A program made the position numbers and the translations under genes. From NCBI GenBank assembly GCA_963753325.1, contig CAVWBS010000003.1, positions 963,979 through 1,027,978 on the forward strand: a stretch of DNA of 64,000 nt. Direction: 5' to 3'. Below the pieces are notes generated by a model, which was not told the DNA's origin, did not search any database, and worked only from the letters and a program-made list of their open reading frames with translations. This DNA comes from an uncultured delta proteobacterium (GTDB lineage Bacteria; Desulfobacterota; Binatia; UTPRO1). Shown here in pieces: positions 58,723 to 64,000 of this stretch; positions within the stretch are counted from its first letter, which is position 1, and each line of letters begins with the position of its first letter.

Positions 58723-60404
58723 GCCTCGCGCGCGCGCACGACCCGCAGCAGGCCGGCCGTGGCGTCGAGCTCGAGGTCGTCGCCGTCGCGGATCATGCGC
58801 GTCGCGTCGGCGACGTTGACCAGCGCGGGGATGCCGAGCTCACGCGCGATGATCGCGCCGTGCGACAGCTGGCCGCCGGCGTCGAGCACGAGCCCCGAGG
58901 CGAGCTCCAGGATCGGCGTCCACCCGGGATCGGTGTAGCCCGCGACCATGATGTCGCCGCGCCCGAAGCACGGGAAGTCCTCGGCGTCGCGGACGACCCG
59001 TGCCCGCCCGCGACATGCGCCCGGGGCCGCGCACTCGCCGCGCAGCGTCAGCCTTCCGTCGGCCACGCCGTCGCCGGCGGCGACGCCCGGCTCGCCCTCC
59101 GGCCGCTCGTCCACGTCGAGCGTGGTGGGCGGCGGCGCTGCGCCGTCACGCACGAGCTCTCGGCGGCGCGCCGCGAGGCGCGCGGCAAGCGGCAGCGGCG
59201 CGGCGTCCGTGCTCGCCGCGCGTTCACCGAGCTCGTCGAGCGTGAGCAGGAACACGTCGGCCGGCGCGCCGAGGCCCTCCTCCCCGACCAGCCGTGTGCC
59301 GGCCGCGAGCGCGAGCTCGCGCATGCGCGCCAGGAAGAAGTCGGCGTAGTAGCGCATGTTCTCGCGCACCACGTAGTAGCGCTGGGCGGCCGCGAGCGCG
59401 GCGCGGAAGACGGGCACCCGGACGGTACCGCCGCGTCCCGCAGCGACGGCGGCTTCGATCCGCGCCGTGGCAGCGGCGCGGCGCCGGGCCGCATCGTCGA
59501 GGACGTGGCGCCCGACGCTCCGCGCCGCGAGGCCCACCACGACGTCGGGGCTCTCGCGCCAGCTCGCGCACGCGAGGTCGCGACCGACCAGCCGGTGCCC
59601 GTGGCGGGCGAGGATCGCACGCAACGCCGCCGCGGCCGGGCCGTCCCGCCGGACGACCATCTGCGCGGCGCCGCTCCCCCGCGCAGGCGCGGCCGCAAGC
59701 GTCTCCGCATCGCGCGCCAGGAGCGCGCCGAGCTCCGCGAGGTCGTGCGCGGCCTCGAGCGAGGCGACGTCCGGCAGGCCGATCGTGAGCGCCGCGTGAT
59801 CGGCGTCGTGCCCCGGCGCCCACCGGCGGCAGAGCTCCTGCAGGAGGTGGTAGAAGACGTAGGCGTACACGACGCCCCAGCTGACGCCTTCGAGATAGCG
59901 GCCGAGCTCGGCGCGCGTCCCGTGCAGCTCGCCGAGGAGCGTCGCCAGTGAGGCGTCCGACGCGGGCGCGGCGACCCCCGCGAAGCGCTCGCGCACGGCG
60001 GCACAGGCGGTCTTGAAGGCGGCGGCGCGCTGCCACGGCGACCACGCGGGCTCCTGGAGCGCGAAGCGCGCGATCATCCCGGCCGTGCGCGCCGCGGCCG
60101 CGAGGGCGGAGGTGGGGACGACCCGCTCGCGCACCTCGGGCGGCAGCAGGTGGAGCAGCCCCTCGCTCAGGAGCACCGGTGGCAGCAGGCTCACGACCTC
60201 GGCGAGGAGGGCGCCGTTCACGTAGACGTGGCTCCGGCTGCGCAGGAGCACGGGCTCCGCCGCCAGCAGGGGAAGGCTGGCCTGGCGGAGCGACCGCCGC
60301 ACCATGTGCTCCGCCATGGTCTCGGCGAGGAGCGAGTACGTGAGGGGCGTCACGGGCCCGCTCCAGAACTCGTCCGCGATCCGGCGGGTCCAGACGGTCT
60401 TCAC
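58719..60404 (-). CDS. PEP-utilizing (phosphohistidine swivel) domain protein without an ATP-grasp domain, rifampicin-phosphotransferase-like
   Basis: WTRRIADEFWSGPVTPLT start; GRARVV...GDIMV...TDPGWTP...GGQLSHGAIIARELGIPA end. Confidence 0.85.
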   Translation of the reverse strand: MKTVWTRRIADEFWSGPVTPLTYSLLAETMAEHMVRRSLRQASLPLLAAEPVLLRSRSHVYVNGALLAEVVSLLPPVLLSEGLLHLLPPEVRERVVPTSALAAAARTAGMIARFALQEPAWSPWQRAAAFKTACAAVRERFAGVAAPASDASLATLLGELHGTRAELGRYLEGVSWGVVYAYVFYHLLQELCRRWAPGHDADHAALTIGLPDVASLEAAHDLAELGALLARDAETLAAAPARGSGAAQMVVRRDGPAAAALRAILARHGHRLVGRDLACASWRESPDVVVGLAARSVGRHVLDDAARRRAAATARIEAAVAAGRGGTVRVPVFRAALAAAQRYYVVRENMRYYADFFLARMRELALAAGTRLVGEEGLGAPADVFLLTLDELGERAASTDAAPLPLAARLAARRRELVRDGAAPPPTTLDVDERPEGEPGVAAGDGVADGRLTLRGECAAPGACRGRARVVRDAEDFPCFGRGDIMVAGYTDPGWTPILELASGLVLDAGGQLSHGAIIARELGIPALVNVADATRMIRDGDDLELDATAGLLRVVRAREA

Positions 60405-60412
60405 GAATGCCC

Positions 60413-60473
60413 TTGACAGCCCACGCCGGCCCTTCTATTTGTGAACCATAGTTCAGTTATGAATATGGATTCA
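60413..60473 (+). promoter_or_regulatory. Sigma-70 promoter plus two palindromic TetR-type operators
   Basis: TTGACA 60413-60418, 17 bp, TATTTG; TGAAC-cata-GTTCA 60442-60455 and TGAAT-atgg-ATTCA 60460-60473. Confidence 0.75.
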
Positions 60474-60482
60474 GCATAGCGG

Positions 60483-61112
60483 ATGGCTTCCGCGTCCGCC
60501 CGGATCGAGAACGCCGTCGGCTCGCGACAGGACCGGCGCCGCGCGCGCACGCGCGCCGAGCTGCTGGCCGCCGCCAAACGGCTCCTGGCCTCGAAGGGGT
60601 TCCACGGCACCAAGATCGCGGACATCGCCGCGGCCGCCGACGTCGGTACCGGCACGTTCTACCTGCACTTCCCGACCAAGGACGCGCTCTTCTCCGATCT
60701 GGTGCGGGAGACGGCGCTGCGTGCGCGCGAGGAGATCGACCGCGCCAAGGAAGCCGTCAGCGATCCCCGCGACCAGGCGCGCGCCGCCACCGAGACCCTC
60801 TTCCGCTTCGCCGCCCGCAACCGCGACGTCTTCAAGATCCTCTTCGGACAGGGCGCACAATTCAACGAGCTGCTGCACGAGGTGCATCAGCTCTTCATCG
60901 TGGAGACGGAGGAGAACCAGGCCCGTGGCATCGCGGCGGGCGCATTCAAGCCCTTTCGGCCGGCGATCGTCGCCCAGGCGGTGGTCGGCATGGTGTCGCA
61001 GGTCGTGTCGTGGTGGCTCGAGCACGACGACATCGCCATCGAGGAAATCACGGACACGGTCACGCGCATGCTGCAGGAAGGCATCGCGATCAAGGAGAGC
61101 ATCCATGAATGA
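60483..61112 (+). CDS. TetR/AcrR family regulator
   Basis: KGFHGTKIADIAAAADVGTGTFYLHFPTKDAL. Confidence 0.94.
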   Translation: MASASARIENAVGSRQDRRRARTRAELLAAAKRLLASKGFHGTKIADIAAAADVGTGTFYLHFPTKDALFSDLVRETALRAREEIDRAKEAVSDPRDQARAATETLFRFAARNRDVFKILFGQGAQFNELLHEVHQLFIVETEENQARGIAAGAFKPFRPAIVAQAVVGMVSQVVSWWLEHDDIAIEEITDTVTRMLQEGIAIKESIHE

Positions 61113-62103
61113 GCCAGCCCAGGGCGTCGAGGCGCTTGTTACCGTCGAGGACTTCACCGAGCGACTCTCGACCACCTTCGACACCTGCTACACGTGGAGC
61201 TACGACAGCTTCAAGGTCGGCCTGCGCAACCTCTACGAGAAGGCCAAGCAGAACCAGTGGGACTCGGCGACCGCCATCGCCTGGAACACCGACGTCGATC
61301 CCGAGGCGGAGAACCTGCCCGACATGAACAACCCGCTCTTCGGGACCGCCATGTGGGCCAGGTTCACCGAGGCGGAGATCCGCAAGTTCCGCCGCGAGCA
61401 GCTGTCGTGGAGCCTCTCCCAGTTCCTGCACGGCGAGCAGGGGGCGCTGCTCGCCACCGCGCAGATCGTCGACGCGGTGCCGTGGATGGAGGCCAAGTAC
61501 TACGGCGCGACGCAGGTCATGGACGAGGCCCGTCACGTCGAGACCTACGACCACTACCTGCGCGACAAGATCCAGAAGGAGTATCCGATCAATCCGCATC
61601 TCAAGGTCCTGCTCGACCAGATCCTCACCGACTCCCGCTGGGACATGAAGTATCTCGGCATGCAGATCCTGGTCGAGGGCCTGGCGATGGCGGCATTCGG
61701 CTTGATGGAGAAGTTCTCCAACGAGCCGCTGCTGAAGCAGCTCACCCAGTACATCATGCGCGACGAGTCGCGGCACGTGGCCTTCGGCGTGCTCTCGCTC
61801 GAGACCTACTACCGGGATCTGAGCGAGCGGGAGCTGCGCGAGCGGCAGGAGTTCGCCTACGAGGGCTGCCGCCTGATGCGCGATCGGCTCTACGCCGTCG
61901 AGGTGTGGCAGGAAATGGGCCTGCCGATCGAGGAGACGCGCGAGATCGTCATGAGCTCGGAGATCATGCGCGAGTTCCAGAAGATGCTCTTCTCCAAGGT
62001 CGTGCCGAACGTGAAGCGCCTCGGCCTCCTCACGCCGTGGCTGCGCGAGCGGTTCCACGAGCTCGACATCCTCAAGTGGGAGCACGAGGAGCCGAGTGCA
62101 TAA
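61105..62103 (+). CDS. Ferritin-like di-iron protein (AurF N-oxygenase-like family)
   Basis: LYEKAKQNQW, SQFLHGEQGAL, DEARH, VEGLA, DESRH; start overlaps the TetR stop. Confidence 0.9.
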   Translation: MNEPAQGVEALVTVEDFTERLSTTFDTCYTWSYDSFKVGLRNLYEKAKQNQWDSATAIAWNTDVDPEAENLPDMNNPLFGTAMWARFTEAEIRKFRREQLSWSLSQFLHGEQGALLATAQIVDAVPWMEAKYYGATQVMDEARHVETYDHYLRDKIQKEYPINPHLKVLLDQILTDSRWDMKYLGMQILVEGLAMAAFGLMEKFSNEPLLKQLTQYIMRDESRHVAFGVLSLETYYRDLSERELRERQEFAYEGCRLMRDRLYAVEVWQEMGLPIEETREIVMSSEIMREFQKMLFSKVVPNVKRLGLLTPWLRERFHELDILKWEHEEPSA

Positions 62104-62131
62104 CGCGCCCGCCGCGCCCTAGATATTGAGG

Positions 62132-64000
62132 CTAGGGGCGAGTCGCAGAGCGCTCCGCCGTATCCGAGCAGCGCCGGTCGCCGACGAACGCGAGGAGCGG
62201 CGGACCACCCGACCGGACCCCGAGCTCCCAGCGAACGTCGCGCGGCGCGGAGCCCGAGGCACGCACGACGCCCTCGTGGATGCCGTGCAGATGGTGGGCG
62301 ACGCAGACCGCGACGCGATTGTCACGCGCATTGCCGCCGCCGCGTGAGCGGAATTGCAGGTGATGGTCATGCAGGTTCCGCCGCGAGCTGTACCCCGGCA
62401 CCGCGCACCGCCAACCGTCGCGTTCGAAGATCGGATCGCGATGACGCGGCGTCGATTCCCAGTGGACGATCACGTGTCGGAGCACGCATTCGAGCGCCGA
62501 CCAGCGCGGGGCGCCCGGCCGCGAAAACACGTCGAGCGCCTCGCGAAACAGCGCAACGACCGACGCCTGCGCGCTGAAGCAGATCTCCGCGTCGGCGACC
62601 TCGAGCCACGCCCGCATGTCGGTGTCAAAATTTGGCACCGCTGCCGCGACCCCGGAGCCGGGCGCCGCCGGGTCGCTTTGCGCACGGATTTGCACTCCGG
62701 CGTCGGGGGCGGCATCGGATCCCTCCGCGGCGGCGTCTGATCTCACCGCAGCAGCGTCTGATCTCTCCGCGCCGGCATCCGATCCCTCCGCGCCGGACCG
62801 TGACCCGGCGAGCGCGATGGGCATGGCGGGCGAGGCCAAGACGCTGTCGAGAGGCGGCGGAATCCAACGTGCCGCGCCCGGCGGCGAGCTCGTGTCGTTC
62901 GAGAACCCAGCTCACCTCGTCGACGAGACGACGCACCGTAACGGCTTCCGCGCGCGCGATCCATGCAGCGGCGTTCCGGCGGTCGACCACCGGCAGCAAG
63001 GCCAGCGCTTGTACCCACGAGAGGGTGCCGCTCTCGTAGGCGCGGGCGAACGCGTCGCCACGACGCGTGCCGCGCTCGATCTTGAGGAGGGCCCACGCTT
63101 TCCGCGCCGAGAGGCCGAGCCGCTCGCGAGCGTATGCCGCGAGCGAGTCGAAGCGGTGAGCGCGATGCACGCGCTGATCGACGATGATTCTGAGGAGACG
63201 GCCGATGCGCGGCTCGCACGTCCGGATCGTCTGCACGGCGGCGAGCGCGCGTTGGTCGAGCGCGAACGCATCGGTCGATGGGGCGGCCCTTCCAGGCGGC
63301 GGCTCTAAAGGCGGAGGGGCCGCCGGAGTGGCTGCCGCGCGGGTAATCGATGAAGAGGCCCCGTCGGCAACGCGCGGCTCAGTGGCCGCGGCAATATCCG
63401 CGCCCGCGATAGTCGCTGCGGGTGGCATCGCCGGCACTGCAGGCGCTGGTGCGACCGAGACGCGCTTCCGCCGCATCCGCCGCGCGAGACGCAAGCCCGC
63501 GAGGATCATCCGATCGATGAAGGGCGCGCCCTCGGGACGTCCAGAGAACGCTTCGGCGGCGATGCACTCGGCCGCGCGCCACAGCGGGAGCGGCTCGCCG
63601 GCGGCGCGCGACGCAAGCTCGAGGGCGCGGCGCCACAGCGCCCGCACACGCGAGGGGCACGCGATACGCACCCGGACGATCGGCTCGCCGTCGATCGTAC
63701 CGTCGTCCGTGTCCGGATCGGCATTGGCGCCTTCGTGCCGCGGCGCGGCCGCTTGCTCGAGAGCCTCGACCGTGGATTGGCGGGCGCGTGCCAGCCACGC
63801 GTCCTGATCCTCCGGAGAAGCGAGCGCACAGAGCGCGCGCACCTCGGCCCACGATAAGTCGGAGCGATCGAACGCGGCTGCGATGGCGGGAAGCTCGTCG
63901 AGGCGAGTGGCCACCCACGCGGCGGCCTGAAGGGTGCGGGCGGAGAGCCCGAGGCGCTCACGCGCGTAGTCGGCGAACCGAACGAAGCCGAGGCGGCGGT
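62132..64000 (-). CDS. DUF222-like / HNH endonuclease protein (5' truncated by window; +1 frameshift at about 62862; HNH Cys to Tyr)
   Basis: Two YARERLGLSAR repeats; RDGWRCAVPGYSSRRNLHDHH...RSRGG...N...C..HH..IH; removing one T from TTGGATTCCG joins the frames as TLDPPPLDS. Confidence 0.8.
62712..62795 (-). repeat. 4 x 21-bp degenerate tandem repeat in the HNH protein linker
   Basis: Encodes GAEGSDA-GAERSDA-AAVRSDA-AAEGSDA. Confidence 0.75.

Noticed and set aside
1-64000. tRNA, rRNA, CRISPR-cas, integrase, transposase, prophage or anti-phage defence genes
   Set aside because: None recognised by eye on either strand; tRNAscan-SE, Infernal and DefenseFinder runs would be needed to exclude divergent cases.

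Overview
High-GC (about 70% by eye) bacterial chromosomal window with no rRNA, tRNA, CRISPR array or intact mobile element that I could see. The gene content (many TetR/STAND regulators, LLM and Rieske oxygenases, ferritin-like di-iron proteins, Cys-rich secreted proteins, a DUF222-like HNH protein) suggests a Candidatus Binatia / Myxococcota-type organism; this is an inference, not a database result. About 58 genes are recognisable, including glcF (partial), cspA, malQ, coaE, ppk2, pyk, nth, a DUF3300/DUF2950 cluster, a MoxR-DUF58-VWA operon, two OmpA proteins and three di-iron proteins. Four observations stand out. (1) An SCP2-like gene is followed by two full-length paralogous ferritin-like proteins, one with all six di-iron ligands and one that has lost four. 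This catalytic/structural subunit pattern matches PaaA/PaaC and soluble di-iron monooxygenases, so it may be an undescribed heteromeric oxygenase. (2) Five of six single-base frameshifts read GATTC/GAATC where restoring GATC repairs the frame, three of them in the identical 9-mer GATTCTGGA; this is most likely a methylation-linked sequencing error signature. (3) The motif TGGCGC-N4-TGGCAAG occurs three times, each intergenic and co-oriented upstream of a cell-envelope gene. (4) A phosphohistidine-swivel protein lacking an ATP-grasp domain is divergent from a TetR plus AurF-like di-iron operon, with twin palindromic operators between them. All family calls come from motif recognition only.
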